Shown: piece by piece, positions 9,094-19,135 of the stretch | How positions within the stretch are numbered: position 1 is the stretch's first letter | How the letters are laid out: the number at the start of each line of letters is the position of its first letter | From: Candidatus Pacearchaeota archaeon | GTDB lineage: Archaea > Nanobdellota > Nanobdellia > Pacearchaeales > GW2011-AR1 | Assembly: GCA_016181895.1 (NCBI GenBank) | Contig: JACOYL010000008.1 | Span: forward strand, 8,192-72,191 | Direction: 5' to 3' | Length of the DNA stretch: 64,000 nucleotides | Made by a program: the position numbers and the translations under genes | The notes under the pieces: model-generated | Told to the model about the DNA's origin: nothing | Database searches by the model: none | What the model saw: only the letters and a program-made list of their open reading frames with translations

Positions 9094-10668
9094 ATGGTTA
9101 AGAAAGGGGCGTCAAAGAGTTTGAAATCCAAAAAGGCGATTGAGGAAAAAAATCCTCCTGTGAAAATTTTCAAGGTTCTTGTAGGTTATCCTCCTGTTGA
9201 ATCTGCAAAAGGGACAGCATTGCTTTCCCAAAATCGACAGTTCCAGTATTTCCAGGTTGCCTCGTTTTTGTTTCCCGTTGCGATGGGAACCGCTGCAACA
9301 ATGGCAAGAGACAAGGGATACAATGTGATTTGGCATGATGCCGTTGCAGAGTATATAACTACAGAAATGTTTGACAAAATGCTTGAACACGAAAAGCCGG
9401 ATATTTTCTTTTTTGAAACAAAAGCCCCTGTCGTGAAAAAACACTGGGCTTCAATAAAACATTTGAAACAAAAATTTCCAAACATGAAAATAGTGATTTG
9501 CGGGGATCATGTTTCATATGATGCGAGGGAAACAATGGAAAATTCTCCCGTTGATTTTGTAATAAAAGGAGGGTATTACGATTTTGCATTCTGCGAACTG
9601 CTTGACGCCTTGAAAGAAGGAAGAAAAATTCCGCAAGGAATTTGGTACAGGAATTCAAAGAATGAAATTGTTGACAACGGAAGATACAATTTCACGGGAA
9701 AACTTGATGATGCTCCAATCATTGACAGGAAACTCACGAAGAATCAAAATTACCAGATTGAATTCAATTTGAAGGGGAGGCCTCTTGCATATATAATGTC
9801 CGGAAGGGATTGCTGGTACGGGAAATGCACATTCTGCGTTTGGGATCATACTCTTTATCCGAAGGGAACATTCAAGGTAAGAACTCCTGAAAATGTTATG
9901 AAGGAAGTTAAATACCTTGTTGATGAAATCGGAGTAAAGGAGATATTTGACGATTGCGGGACAATAACTGTGGGACCTTGGCTGGAAAAATTTTGCAAAA
10001 TGATGATTGAATCGGGATACAACAAGAAAGTTATGTATTCATGTAATATGAGATTCGGCGCTGTGAACTTGAAAGAATATCAGATGATGAAAGCCGCTGG
10101 ATTTAGATTGTTGAAATACGGATTGGAATCCGGATGCCAGAAGACAATTGACAAGCTGGACAAGGGAACAAAAATTCCAGAAGTCGTAAGTTCCTGCAGG
10201 GATGCGAAGCAAGCCGGACTTACAGTACATTTGACAATGATGGTTGGCTATCCATGGGAAACAAGGAATGACGCAATGCACACAATAAAACTTGCCAAGG
10301 TTTTGATGACAAAAGGATATGCAGATGTTCTTCAATCGACAGTTATAGTTCCTTATCCTGGAACTCCTTTGTATGAAGAAGGAAAGGAAAAGGGATGGTT
10401 CAGGTTCAATCCGAAAGATTATGAAAGATTTGACATGACAGAGCCTGTTTTTAAAACCCAAGATATGACCCCGGATGAAGTCCAGAAATTATGCCAGAAA
10501 AATTACAGCATTTATCTGGATCCAAGATATATTTTCCAGCACGCGAAAAGAATCAAGGACATGCAGGATGTCATTTACACATTGAACGGAGTGAAAGCTG
10601 TGATTGGACATCTCGTGCAATTCGCGGGGACGAAGTATGCGGGGGCGGATGAGAAAGTGGCGGCGTGA
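9094..10668 (+). CDS. B12-binding domain / radical SAM protein (class B radical SAM)
   Basis: N-terminal Rossmann-like B12-binding region and a radical SAM core with the cysteine triad CWYGKCTFC (CX4CX2C, noncanonical spacing). Paralogous to three other genes in the window. Confidence 0.8.
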   Translation: MVKKGASKSLKSKKAIEEKNPPVKIFKVLVGYPPVESAKGTALLSQNRQFQYFQVASFLFPVAMGTAATMARDKGYNVIWHDAVAEYITTEMFDKMLEHEKPDIFFFETKAPVVKKHWASIKHLKQKFPNMKIVICGDHVSYDARETMENSPVDFVIKGGYYDFAFCELLDALKEGRKIPQGIWYRNSKNEIVDNGRYNFTGKLDDAPIIDRKLTKNQNYQIEFNLKGRPLAYIMSGRDCWYGKCTFCVWDHTLYPKGTFKVRTPENVMKEVKYLVDEIGVKEIFDDCGTITVGPWLEKFCKMMIESGYNKKVMYSCNMRFGAVNLKEYQMMKAAGFRLLKYGLESGCQKTIDKLDKGTKIPEVVSSCRDAKQAGLTVHLTMMVGYPWETRNDAMHTIKLAKVLMTKGYADVLQSTVIVPYPGTPLYEEGKEKGWFRFNPKDYERFDMTEPVFKTQDMTPDEVQKLCQKNYSIYLDPRYIFQHAKRIKDMQDVIYTLNGVKAVIGHLVQFAGTKYAGADEKVAA

Positions 10669-10674
10669 AATTAC

Positions 10675-10953
10675 TTACAAATCATGTTTGTGTAATAAAT
10701 AATTTAATTTTTTATTTATAGACTGAAAATTAGTATATATCTTACATCTGTAATAAAAAAGAGTTAAGAAAAAGATATCAAAAAGTATTATTTTTATTAT
10801 CAATTGCGTTCTTTCTAAAAATAAATTATATCCTAACATTATAACAAAATTACCAGAAAGCCCAAGTATTATTGCATAAAGTAGGGCTTGTAAATATATC
10901 TTATCGCTTTTTAAAAATTGAAGAAGTATTTTATCTTTTTCTTCATTGTTCAT
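10675..10953 (-). CDS. small hydrophobic hypothetical protein
   Basis: 92-aa ORF with two or three predicted TM helices in the gap between convergent radical SAM genes. Confidence 0.3.
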   Translation of the reverse strand: MNNEEKDKILLQFLKSDKIYLQALLYAIILGLSGNFVIMLGYNLFLERTQLIIKIILFDIFFLTLFYYRCKIYTNFQSINKKLNYLLHKHDL

Positions 10954-11005
10954 AAAAAAAATTATTTTAGAGTCTTATAACTATTTTCGTTCTAGAATTC
11001 AACAG

Positions 11006-12409
11006 TCAATTCCCCGCAAACTTCAAAACTTCCAGTCCGCCTTTAAGAGTCAGTTTCACGTCTTTGGCCGTGCGAATTCTTAAAAAGCGGCGGAAAATAA
11101 ATTCAGGGCGGAGATAAAATTCCTTGTATGCGCGTTTTTGCATTTCGCTCATAAGTTCTGGAGTTACAGAGCCATGCTTGAAAGCGCCCTCGGAATAAGC
11201 AGTGTATTTGTCCCAAGAAACATCAAGCAATTGCCCCTCGCGCTTTATTATGTTCCAGTATTCTGTTTTTGGCATTGGAATGCAAACATGGAATGTTGCA
11301 GTGTCAAGAGGAAGGGATTTTGCAAATCTTATTGTATCGAGCATTGTTTTTCTGTTTTCTCCAAGCAAACCAAAAATAAACAATCCTCTTGATTCTATTC
11401 CCGCTTCCCTGCACCACTTGGCAGCGTTTTGAATATCTTCAAGCTTTTCAGCTTTTCTCATCTTATTAAGAATTTCCTGATTCCCTGATTCAATTCCAAG
11501 AGACAACATATAACAGCCAGCTTTTTTCATGTGTTTAAGCATTGGTAGAGATAATTTATCACAGCGAACTCCGTTGGCGACTTTCCAAATGATTTTTTTG
11601 TTCAATCCTGTTTTAATCATCAAGTCGCAGAATTTCCTAACACGTTCAGGATACAATGTGAAATTGTCATCTTGAAAATCTATTTCCTGCGTTCCATAAG
11701 TATCAACAAGATGTTTTATTTCAGCAATGATATTTTCTGCACTACGGGCGCGCATTTTTCTTCCCGAAGTTATGAAATCCGCACAGAAAATGCAACGATA
11801 GGGACATCCGCGTCCAGAGACGATGTAATCAATCGGATATCTTCTGGCTTCAAAGCTGAAATATTTGTGCATTGGCAATAAATCTCGTGCTGGAAAAGGC
11901 AATGAATCCAAGTCCTCAATAAACGGCGCGTCCTTATTATGAATTATTTTTCCCTTTTTGTCGCGATAAGAAACTCCCAAAATATCTTTCAGCGGTTTTC
12001 CCAAAATAATTCTGATAATTGCTTCTTCGCCTTCGCCACGAACAAGAACGTCAATTCTCTGATAATCTCTTAAAACTTCGTCAGGCATTGAACTCGCATG
12101 AATTCCCCCAAAAATAACTTTTACATTTTCCGGCAGAAAAGCGCAAAGTTTTGTGATTTCGTCCATCATGCTTGATGTTCCAGTCATCGCGACGAAATCC
12201 GGATTATATTTTATAATTGCTTCTTTTATCTGTTCATGATTCAAATCAAACGCATTTGCCTCTAAAATCTTGACTTCGTACCCTTTCTCGCGGACAACAG
12301 CGGCAATATAAGCCAAGCCAAGGGGTGGATAAATCGGCGTGGCCGTCTTGCTCCCTGCATAAGAATAAATATTTCTGTAATTAGGCTGAATCAAAAGCAG
12401 TTTCACCAT
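11006..12409 (-). CDS. B12-binding domain / radical SAM protein (class B radical SAM)
   Basis: Canonical GRGCPYRCIFC (CX3CX2C). Start trimmed to MVKLLLIQPNYRN, the typical N-terminus of this family. The 85-codon upstream extension in the ORF track is low-complexity and overlaps the divergent gene. Confidence 0.85.
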   Translation of the reverse strand: MVKLLLIQPNYRNIYSYAGSKTATPIYPPLGLAYIAAVVREKGYEVKILEANAFDLNHEQIKEAIIKYNPDFVAMTGTSSMMDEITKLCAFLPENVKVIFGGIHASSMPDEVLRDYQRIDVLVRGEGEEAIIRIILGKPLKDILGVSYRDKKGKIIHNKDAPFIEDLDSLPFPARDLLPMHKYFSFEARRYPIDYIVSGRGCPYRCIFCADFITSGRKMRARSAENIIAEIKHLVDTYGTQEIDFQDDNFTLYPERVRKFCDLMIKTGLNKKIIWKVANGVRCDKLSLPMLKHMKKAGCYMLSLGIESGNQEILNKMRKAEKLEDIQNAAKWCREAGIESRGLFIFGLLGENRKTMLDTIRFAKSLPLDTATFHVCIPMPKTEYWNIIKREGQLLDVSWDKYTAYSEGAFKHGSVTPELMSEMQKRAYKEFYLRPEFIFRRFLRIRTAKDVKLTLKGGLEVLKFAGN

Positions 12410-12494
12410 CTTAAAAGTATTGGAAAATTGTTTATATAGTTTTGGAATCCAAGGTTTCACAAACCTTAAAACCCCTTTTTTCTTTTTACAAATC

Positions 12495-12878
12495 ATGTCG
12501 GAAGAAAATAGAGAAGTGAAAAGCCTTGGAAAATACGACGCAAAGGGTTTCAAGGAAATAACAATGGAGAAGCCGAGAGAAATTGATGCTTCAGGAATAA
12601 AACGCCCTTGGAAGCCCGATATGAAAGGATATTTCCTGATAAGAATAAACAAGGATTTGAACAAAATCGAAGCCGCGTTCTGCGATTACAGGGAAAACAA
12701 AGTAAGAATAATAATTCGCGGAGATATACCTATGGAAGTTTATACCGCGATTTTAAAAGAAAATCTCGTCGGAGAATTGGACCATGCAATGGACCTCGGC
12801 GTTGAGTTGGAAAAAGCGTACAGGGCTTTGAAAACAGGAAAAAAATACACGCAGGACAAGGTTGACTTGGAAGATTAA
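12495..12878 (+). CDS. DUF4346-like domain protein
   Basis: DMKGYFLIRINKDLNKIEAAFCDY...IIIRGDIPMEVYTAILKENLVGELDHAMDLGVELEKAYRALKTGKKYTQD matches my recollection of the DUF4346 pattern found at the C-terminus of archaeal pterin-binding proteins. Start set at MSEEN. Confidence 0.45.
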   Translation: MSEENREVKSLGKYDAKGFKEITMEKPREIDASGIKRPWKPDMKGYFLIRINKDLNKIEAAFCDYRENKVRIIIRGDIPMEVYTAILKENLVGELDHAMDLGVELEKAYRALKTGKKYTQDKVDLED

Positions 12879-12923
12879 CTGAATCACAACTAATTTTATA
12901 AATAAACATTATTAGATTTAATA

Positions 12924-13823
12924 ATGACTCCAGAACCTTTTGTAGAAAATGTGCATTTCGACGGAAAACATTGGATTGGAAAGAAAAGACCTGATGAAAG
13001 ATTGCAAATTCACAGTTACAAGCATGTTGCGCAACAAGCGAGAAGAATGCTCGGTAGAAACGGGATTGTTGCAATTCCAAATGCAAGGCAGAACGAATAC
13101 AGATTTGAAGAACTAATCCTAATGGGAGAAGGATATGGTCTACTTGATTTAAGTGATGAAAAAAAATTTTTCTATGATCCTGTTAATGCAATTTATATAA
13201 TAAAAGCACAAGAAGTTAGAACAAGAATTGATAGTATCCCAATTGTCCTCTTAGCTTACAATCTCCCTTTTGGAACAAATCTTAGCAACAAAAACGGAAA
13301 TCAAACATTGGAAGAAGCGGCAAAATACAATTGCATTCTTGGAATAAATATGCCGTCTTGTATTGATGATATTGATGCCGGTCTCTTGGTTCTTAAACAT
13401 AATATTGAGAATAAATTAGGACATTTTGATTTTGTCGTCGGTTATGCTGGAGGGGCGGCATTAAGGAAATTTGGCGGCGCAAATAATGGTTCGCAAAATC
13501 TTTACAGAGATGAAATCAAAGACAAAGATTTTGAAAACCCGTTTACAAAAGAAAAACACAAAATAGGGATTATTGCGGTCAGCGGAGGGCACAGAACCCC
13601 TTATGGAAGATTGGAAAATGCATTGAATGGAGGACAAACAATCGGAAGCAGTTACACCGAAATCCCAGAACCAAACCAAAATAATTTCATGAACGATTTA
13701 AGACAGAGTTTGAGAAATTCAAATGAAGCAAGCATGCATTGTGAACCAATAATAATTGAATCTGTTAAATCACAATTATCAATAAAAGTCGGCGACAGAA
13801 TAAGAAACCTGTTTTTTAGATAG
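12924..13823 (+). CDS. hypothetical protein (possible degenerate PHP/TIM-barrel-like fold)
   Basis: 299 aa. LQIHSYKH and AVSGGHRTPYG segments loosely resemble PHP-family metal-binding motifs. Not conclusive. Confidence 0.4.
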   Translation: MTPEPFVENVHFDGKHWIGKKRPDERLQIHSYKHVAQQARRMLGRNGIVAIPNARQNEYRFEELILMGEGYGLLDLSDEKKFFYDPVNAIYIIKAQEVRTRIDSIPIVLLAYNLPFGTNLSNKNGNQTLEEAAKYNCILGINMPSCIDDIDAGLLVLKHNIENKLGHFDFVVGYAGGAALRKFGGANNGSQNLYRDEIKDKDFENPFTKEKHKIGIIAVSGGHRTPYGRLENALNGGQTIGSSYTEIPEPNQNNFMNDLRQSLRNSNEASMHCEPIIIESVKSQLSIKVGDRIRNLFFR

Positions 13824-13873
13824 ATATAATCTCTTTACATAAACGTTAAATAACCTGCTTTTAATTTTTTTAA

Positions 13874-15097
13874 ATGCAAAAATACACTGATTACAACGAG
13901 AAAATCGACGATTACATAAAGAAAAATTATCTTGACAAAATCATTACGAGTTTTGTTCGCGATTGCAATCCAATCGCGATAATTCTTTTTGGTGGTTTTG
14001 GAAGGGGGGAAGGGAGCATAAGAGCAATCGATGGAAAACCGGTACCTTTCAACGATTTTGACTTTTACATCGTGACGAAAAAAAAACTTTCCGACGAAGA
14101 ACTGGATATAATTTCAAAAAACGCCTCGGCGGAAATAGGAATGGGAGGATTGGAAATCGCGTATTTTCCAGAGCAGGGATATGATTCAAAAAAATTTTTC
14201 CATGTGGATGCGAGATGCATTCCTTATTCTGAATTGGGAAACCTGATGAAAATACAAAGATACTATGAACTGAAGTACGGAAGCCAAGTTATTTACGGGG
14301 ATGAAACAATCCTTGACAGAATAAAGGAAATAAAACCAGGGGAAATTCCCGTTTCAGAGGGTTTGAGGAATTTGTTCAACAAACTTCATACCATGCTTCT
14401 TGGTTTGCGACAGGAATATAACGAAGAGCAGAAAAAAATCAGGGTTTTTTGGAGTTACAAAAGCTACATGTCCATTTGCGAAGCGCTTTTGATTTTAGAC
14501 AGGAAATTTGCGCCGACATCAAAGGAAAGGGCAAGAATTTTTTCAGAGATTTACGAGAAAGATTTTCCAGACTTGCACAAAAAAATCCCGAATCTTGCAA
14601 AAAAAGTCGGGAAAGCAACGAAATTCAAATTAAAACTTGATTTTAATGTCAATCACGAATGGCTTTGGAACGAGACATTAAAAGATATTCTGATTGTTTT
14701 TGAATATTACATAAAAAAAATAACCAAAGTTGAAAACGTTGCTATTGCAATAAACAATGTTCTTCCTTACAATTATTTCAAGCCTTATCTAAAGCACAAA
14801 ATCGGTTTCAATTTTTTTCCGGCGCAATACAGATTAAACATAGGATATTTTAATATATTAAAAAAACAGGACGAGACTTATTTTTCTCCGTTATTAACGT
14901 GGAAAGATGTCGGATTGAGGATGATTTTACCGATTTATTTTCTTTTAAAATACAAACAAAGCAACAACGAATCTTATCTCGAACTTGCATATTGGGAATT
15001 GAAGAAATTCATCAAAGTTGAAAACCGCGATTTTTGGCATTTGAAGGAGAGGGCTTTAAAGGCATATGGTTTATATTATGAACAAAGATTATTATAA
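13874..15097 (+). CDS. Pol-beta-superfamily nucleotidyltransferase-fold protein (LicD/fukutin-like or CD-NTase-like)
   Basis: GGFGRGEGS...NDFDFYIV (hG[GS] then [DE]h[DE]h) and a third acidic site FHVDARCI about 50 aa downstream. The roughly 290-aa C-terminal region is unrecognised. Confidence 0.55.
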   Translation: MQKYTDYNEKIDDYIKKNYLDKIITSFVRDCNPIAIILFGGFGRGEGSIRAIDGKPVPFNDFDFYIVTKKKLSDEELDIISKNASAEIGMGGLEIAYFPEQGYDSKKFFHVDARCIPYSELGNLMKIQRYYELKYGSQVIYGDETILDRIKEIKPGEIPVSEGLRNLFNKLHTMLLGLRQEYNEEQKKIRVFWSYKSYMSICEALLILDRKFAPTSKERARIFSEIYEKDFPDLHKKIPNLAKKVGKATKFKLKLDFNVNHEWLWNETLKDILIVFEYYIKKITKVENVAIAINNVLPYNYFKPYLKHKIGFNFFPAQYRLNIGYFNILKKQDETYFSPLLTWKDVGLRMILPIYFLLKYKQSNNESYLELAYWELKKFIKVENRDFWHLKERALKAYGLYYEQRLL

Positions 15098-15236
15098 ATA
15101 AAACATGTTAACAAAATTAAATTAATTTTAACCAACGATTAATGGGATATTACAAAAAAAACCTTTTTAAGAATATGCTCTCAGATTAGTTTAGAGTTGA
15201 CCTTAAAGATTTAAACCATTAATCACATATTAAAAA

Positions 15237-16070
15237 ATGAAAACAGTAATCATGCTTGACAGTTTCAAGCCGGAATATTTGAAGTACACGGCATATTTAA
15301 AGAAAAAAACAAAAGAATTGCAGCACGGGGAATTGGAAACCCCTCTCGGTTTTTGGGGTGGAATGGACACTTTTTTTCATGGCAGTTCGGACAAACTGGC
15401 ATTTTATTATTACAGCGAAAAAAGTTCGTGGAAATGGATAAAATATTTTACATGGCTTGGAAGATTTCCCGTAGATGTTTTGATAAATTTGTGGAATGTT
15501 TTTTGGGGAAATGAAATGTTCAGGACAAATAACATTCCTTTGAACAAATTTTACAAATTCGACACAGATGTGAAAATTCCGCTGCACAAAAGGACAAATA
15601 CAAGATACATTACTTTTCACGAACTTGATGGGATTGCGCATAAATACGGAACAAAATCCGAAGAAGTCAGGAAAGAAGTTGAAAGGTTTGACAAAATCCT
15701 AGAAAAAATGAAATGGGACATCATAATGAGCGATCATGGAATGCTTGAGATAAAGGAATTCATCAAAGTTCCTGAAACAGAGAAATGCTTTATTGATTCA
15801 ACATTGGCAAGATATTGGGGGGAAAAACCAAAAGGAATGCCAGCCAGCAAATGCAAATTTATCAAATGGAAGAACAAAAAATACGGAGATTATATTTACC
15901 TTGCAAATCCCGGCGTTTGTTTTTTTCCTAATTACTGGCAGACAAACAAAGTCAAAGCCATGCACGGCTACAATCCAAAGCTGAAAGATATGAAGGCCTT
16001 TTACATGATAAATAGAAAGGGAAAAAAGAAGAATTTGACGATGGAGGAATTGCATGAAGAAATTACATAA
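15237..16070 (+). CDS. alkaline-phosphatase-superfamily enzyme (NPP / type I phosphodiesterase-like)
   Basis: N-terminal IMLDSFKPEY, a central FHELDGIAHKYG segment, and SDHGM and AMHGYNP segments matching NPP-family metal-ligand motifs. Confidence 0.55.
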   Translation: MKTVIMLDSFKPEYLKYTAYLKKKTKELQHGELETPLGFWGGMDTFFHGSSDKLAFYYYSEKSSWKWIKYFTWLGRFPVDVLINLWNVFWGNEMFRTNNIPLNKFYKFDTDVKIPLHKRTNTRYITFHELDGIAHKYGTKSEEVRKEVERFDKILEKMKWDIIMSDHGMLEIKEFIKVPETEKCFIDSTLARYWGEKPKGMPASKCKFIKWKNKKYGDYIYLANPGVCFFPNYWQTNKVKAMHGYNPKLKDMKAFYMINRKGKKKNLTMEELHEEIT

Positions 16071-16153
16071 AGTAAAATTTATAATGTCATTCCTTATTTT
16101 AATATGAAATATTTCATGAATTATTTATAGAAAAAATAATAGGAGAAATTGGT

Positions 16154-16891
16154 ATGGAATCTAAAATAGATATAACTTCAGATAGACTACAGAATAAAAT
16201 AGCAATAGAATTTATTGAACAACATATTTCTAAAGGCAAAAAACTTAAATTATTAGATGTAGGTAGTGCTGATAACATAATAAAACATTATTTACCTAAA
16301 AATATAGAATATTATTCTTTGGATTTGTCAAAAGAAGAACAAGATGAAGAGCTAAGAGAATACAAACATGAATTTGTGTTAAATTTAGATAAAGAAAAAA
16401 TTCCTGTTAAAGACGAATTTTTTGACATAATTGTTTGTTTAGATGTACTTGAACATACAATATATCCTGAAAAGGTTCTAGAAGAATTTAAAAGGATTAC
16501 AAAAAAAGATGGTATCTTTATAATCTCAATTCCTAATGAATATAATTTTGTCCATAGAATTTATTATTTATTTGCAATAAAAACTAGGGGTGAAACGCCA
16601 TGGAAAGTTGTGGAAATGCACCAACATATACAAAAACCAAGAGTGAAAGATATTATTAATTTACTTTCTGATAATTTTGAAATATCTAAAATACAATATC
16701 TTTTTATGTCAAGAACAAGCTATAAAAATAAAGCTTTTGTATTTGTGGATAAATTCTTTAATATATTAGCGCAGATACATCCAAGTTTATTCGCTGTAAA
16801 TGTTATAACAATATGCAAAAACAAAAAAATGTTAAAACAAAAAAACAAAGTTGATGATTTTGCTATAAAGAACAGACCAAAATATTATTAA
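16154..16891 (+). CDS. class I SAM-dependent methyltransferase
   Basis: LLDVGSADN (motif I) and IIVCLDVLEH (post-II) segments. Noticeably AT-richer codon usage than its neighbours. Confidence 0.7.
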   Translation: MESKIDITSDRLQNKIAIEFIEQHISKGKKLKLLDVGSADNIIKHYLPKNIEYYSLDLSKEEQDEELREYKHEFVLNLDKEKIPVKDEFFDIIVCLDVLEHTIYPEKVLEEFKRITKKDGIFIISIPNEYNFVHRIYYLFAIKTRGETPWKVVEMHQHIQKPRVKDIINLLSDNFEISKIQYLFMSRTSYKNKAFVFVDKFFNILAQIHPSLFAVNVITICKNKKMLKQKNKVDDFAIKNRPKYY

Positions 16892-16975
16892 CCATTTATT
16901 TTTAATAAATTCTAATTAGAATTTAGGTATTTTATTTATAAAAAGAGATATAAATGCAAATTTGTTTTTCCTGAA

Positions 16976-17521
16976 ATGAAAAGATTCGAGGACAACAGGC
17001 TTGAAAACACTTATGAAAGCGAGAATTTGCTTGTTAGGATGTATTTTAGATGGAAAATCAATATTACTGTTTGGCTTGCAAATTTAAAAAAAGATGATGT
17101 TATTTTAGATTTTGGATGCGGCGGAGGCTGGCTTGAAAAAAAATTGAAAAATTATAAGATTTTTGGATATGATACAAATCCAAAGAAAACTTTCATAAAA
17201 GACTACAGAAAAATAAAACCGACAAAAATTTTCGCATTGGATGTTTTTGAGCATATTCCGATAAAAGAAACGAAAAAAATTCTTGCCAATTTCAAAAAAA
17301 TGAGCAAGAATTTTTATTTGATTGTTTCGCAGCCGACTGAAAACTGGCTCTCGAGAAAAATCAGGAAACTCGTCGGCAAAGAGGAAGTTCCAAAAGAGCA
17401 TATTACAAGATATGAAGAAATTATAAAACTTTTAAAAAAAGAATTTGAGTTCAGAAGAAAAATTAATTTTTTTACAATTACACACATATTTAAATTCAGG
17501 CATAAAAAAATTAATATTTGA
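16976..17521 (+). CDS. class I SAM-dependent methyltransferase
   Basis: ILDFGCGGGWL motif I and FALDVFEHIP. Confidence 0.65.
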   Translation: MKRFEDNRLENTYESENLLVRMYFRWKINITVWLANLKKDDVILDFGCGGGWLEKKLKNYKIFGYDTNPKKTFIKDYRKIKPTKIFALDVFEHIPIKETKKILANFKKMSKNFYLIVSQPTENWLSRKIRKLVGKEEVPKEHITRYEEIIKLLKKEFEFRRKINFFTITHIFKFRHKKINI

Positions 17522-19124
17522 ATTCATAAATTATCAGAACAGATTGTTCGCCTTGATTGTAGACTTTAATCGGGATCAATAATTCTGGATTTGTTTGTGG
17601 CAATATCTGTGCCCAATCAGGCGTGGATTCAAATATTGAAAGTATCATAAATCTTGGTTTGTAATCTTCAGCGAATTTCAAGAAACCTTCATAATCGTTT
17701 GAGTACTTCAAAAAATCCGGATTTCCGAGTTTTGTCCCGTAATAAAATCCGGGGTCAAATGGGTATGTTGAACGTTCGGAATAGTAAATTGTTTGTGGAA
17801 CAGAAGCCGAAATAATTATCTCATCTGGATTTGAATTCTCTTTTATCCATAATCCCGCTTGTTTCACTTCAAGGTAAGATGTTTTCTTTTCTTCAATCAT
17901 GTTATTGGCAAGATTAAAATTAGGAATAAGAAGCAAAAGCAAAATTCCAACAATAATTATATTGGATGTTTTTTTATTTAAGTTGTGTTTTTTTTCCAAG
18001 ATTTCTCCGAACTTAACAAGAGGGTAGACTATTATCAAAAATAGGAAAGGAAGGGCTGCTGTTACATATCTCTGTTCAACATAAGAAACCGAACCGACAT
18101 ATCCCATGATTAAAAATATGCATGCTGGAAAGAAGAAAATAAAAAATTTCTTTTGCAGTTCTTCATTCTTGAAGATTTTATCAAATCCAAGAATCAAATC
18201 AAAAAAGAAAAGAACAAATCCTATAAAAAAAAAGTAATATACCCAATCTCCTAGAATATAAGGTATATTGAGAATGTAATTGAAAACTGCAGATGAAAAA
18301 ACTCTTTCGTTTCCGGTCTCGACCGCTTTTTCCCCTATTCCAAGATAATAAGATGTTATATCTGAAAAAGGATTTCCATAATGGGACGAATAAAGATAAA
18401 ATTGAGGGATCATTAAAACCAGAAAAATAAAGAGTGCAATCCAAAGTTTCTTGTTTAATATAAATTTATATTTCTCTTTTAAAATCGCAAGCATTAAAAA
18501 TGCTGGTGCAATCATAAACGACTGCATTCTTGTTAAAACCGCCATAACAAAAATTATAGCAGAGAGATAAAGAAATTTATTTCCTTTCTTAAGATAATAA
18601 CCGTCCCAGAAGAATAAAAACGAAAGTATTATTAAAAATGCGGCAGGAATATCTGTTAAAATTCTGCCGCTAAAAAATAGCAAGAGCCATGAAAAAGATA
18701 AACAAATTGAAACCAGCAGGGCTACTTTTTTATCAACAAGCCTTGTCAAAAACAAATAAGAAACAAAAACAAACCCTGTTGAAAACAAAACTTCAAGAAA
18801 TCTTACTCCTATCTCACTAAGACCAAACATGAAAAATGGAGCAGAAATTAACGGAAATAAAAATCCACGCCTGTAATACCAAATATCTTGTATATCCAAT
18901 CCAAGACCGAGTCTTTTTGCTGCAGACATGTAATCTGCCCCATCCCACCACAATGGCTGATTCATCGTTTTTATGAAAATCCAAATTCTTAAAATAAATG
19001 CTAAGGCTAGAATGACCAAAAAATATTTATCATAATTGTCTTTTACCCAAGAAAAGAGAAATTTCTGTATTTTTGATTTTCGCTTGTTTATTAATAAAGA
19101 TGATTCTTCCATAAAAATACACAT
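17511..19124 (-). CDS. GT-C fold glycosyltransferase (PMT_2 / ArnT-like, dolichyl- or undecaprenyl-phosphate-sugar dependent)
   Basis: 537 aa with about 11 N-terminal TM helices and an acidic first-loop motif WWDGADY. The C-terminal soluble domain and overall topology are that of PMT_2/ArnT transferases. Confidence 0.55.
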   Translation of the reverse strand: MCIFMEESSLLINKRKSKIQKFLFSWVKDNYDKYFLVILALAFILRIWIFIKTMNQPLWWDGADYMSAAKRLGLGLDIQDIWYYRRGFLFPLISAPFFMFGLSEIGVRFLEVLFSTGFVFVSYLFLTRLVDKKVALLVSICLSFSWLLLFFSGRILTDIPAAFLIILSFLFFWDGYYLKKGNKFLYLSAIIFVMAVLTRMQSFMIAPAFLMLAILKEKYKFILNKKLWIALFIFLVLMIPQFYLYSSHYGNPFSDITSYYLGIGEKAVETGNERVFSSAVFNYILNIPYILGDWVYYFFFIGFVLFFFDLILGFDKIFKNEELQKKFFIFFFPACIFLIMGYVGSVSYVEQRYVTAALPFLFLIIVYPLVKFGEILEKKHNLNKKTSNIIIVGILLLLLIPNFNLANNMIEEKKTSYLEVKQAGLWIKENSNPDEIIISASVPQTIYYSERSTYPFDPGFYYGTKLGNPDFLKYSNDYEGFLKFAEDYKPRFMILSIFESTPDWAQILPQTNPELLIPIKVYNQGEQSVLIIYEFKY

Positions 19125-19135
19125 AAGATTTGCTT

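Noticed and set aside
12410-12664. 85-codon N-terminal extension (MFKSLFIL…) of the radical SAM ORF 11006-12664
   Set aside because: It overlaps the divergent DUF4346-like gene and its promoter. Family members start at MVKLLLIQP (12409). The extension is low-complexity.
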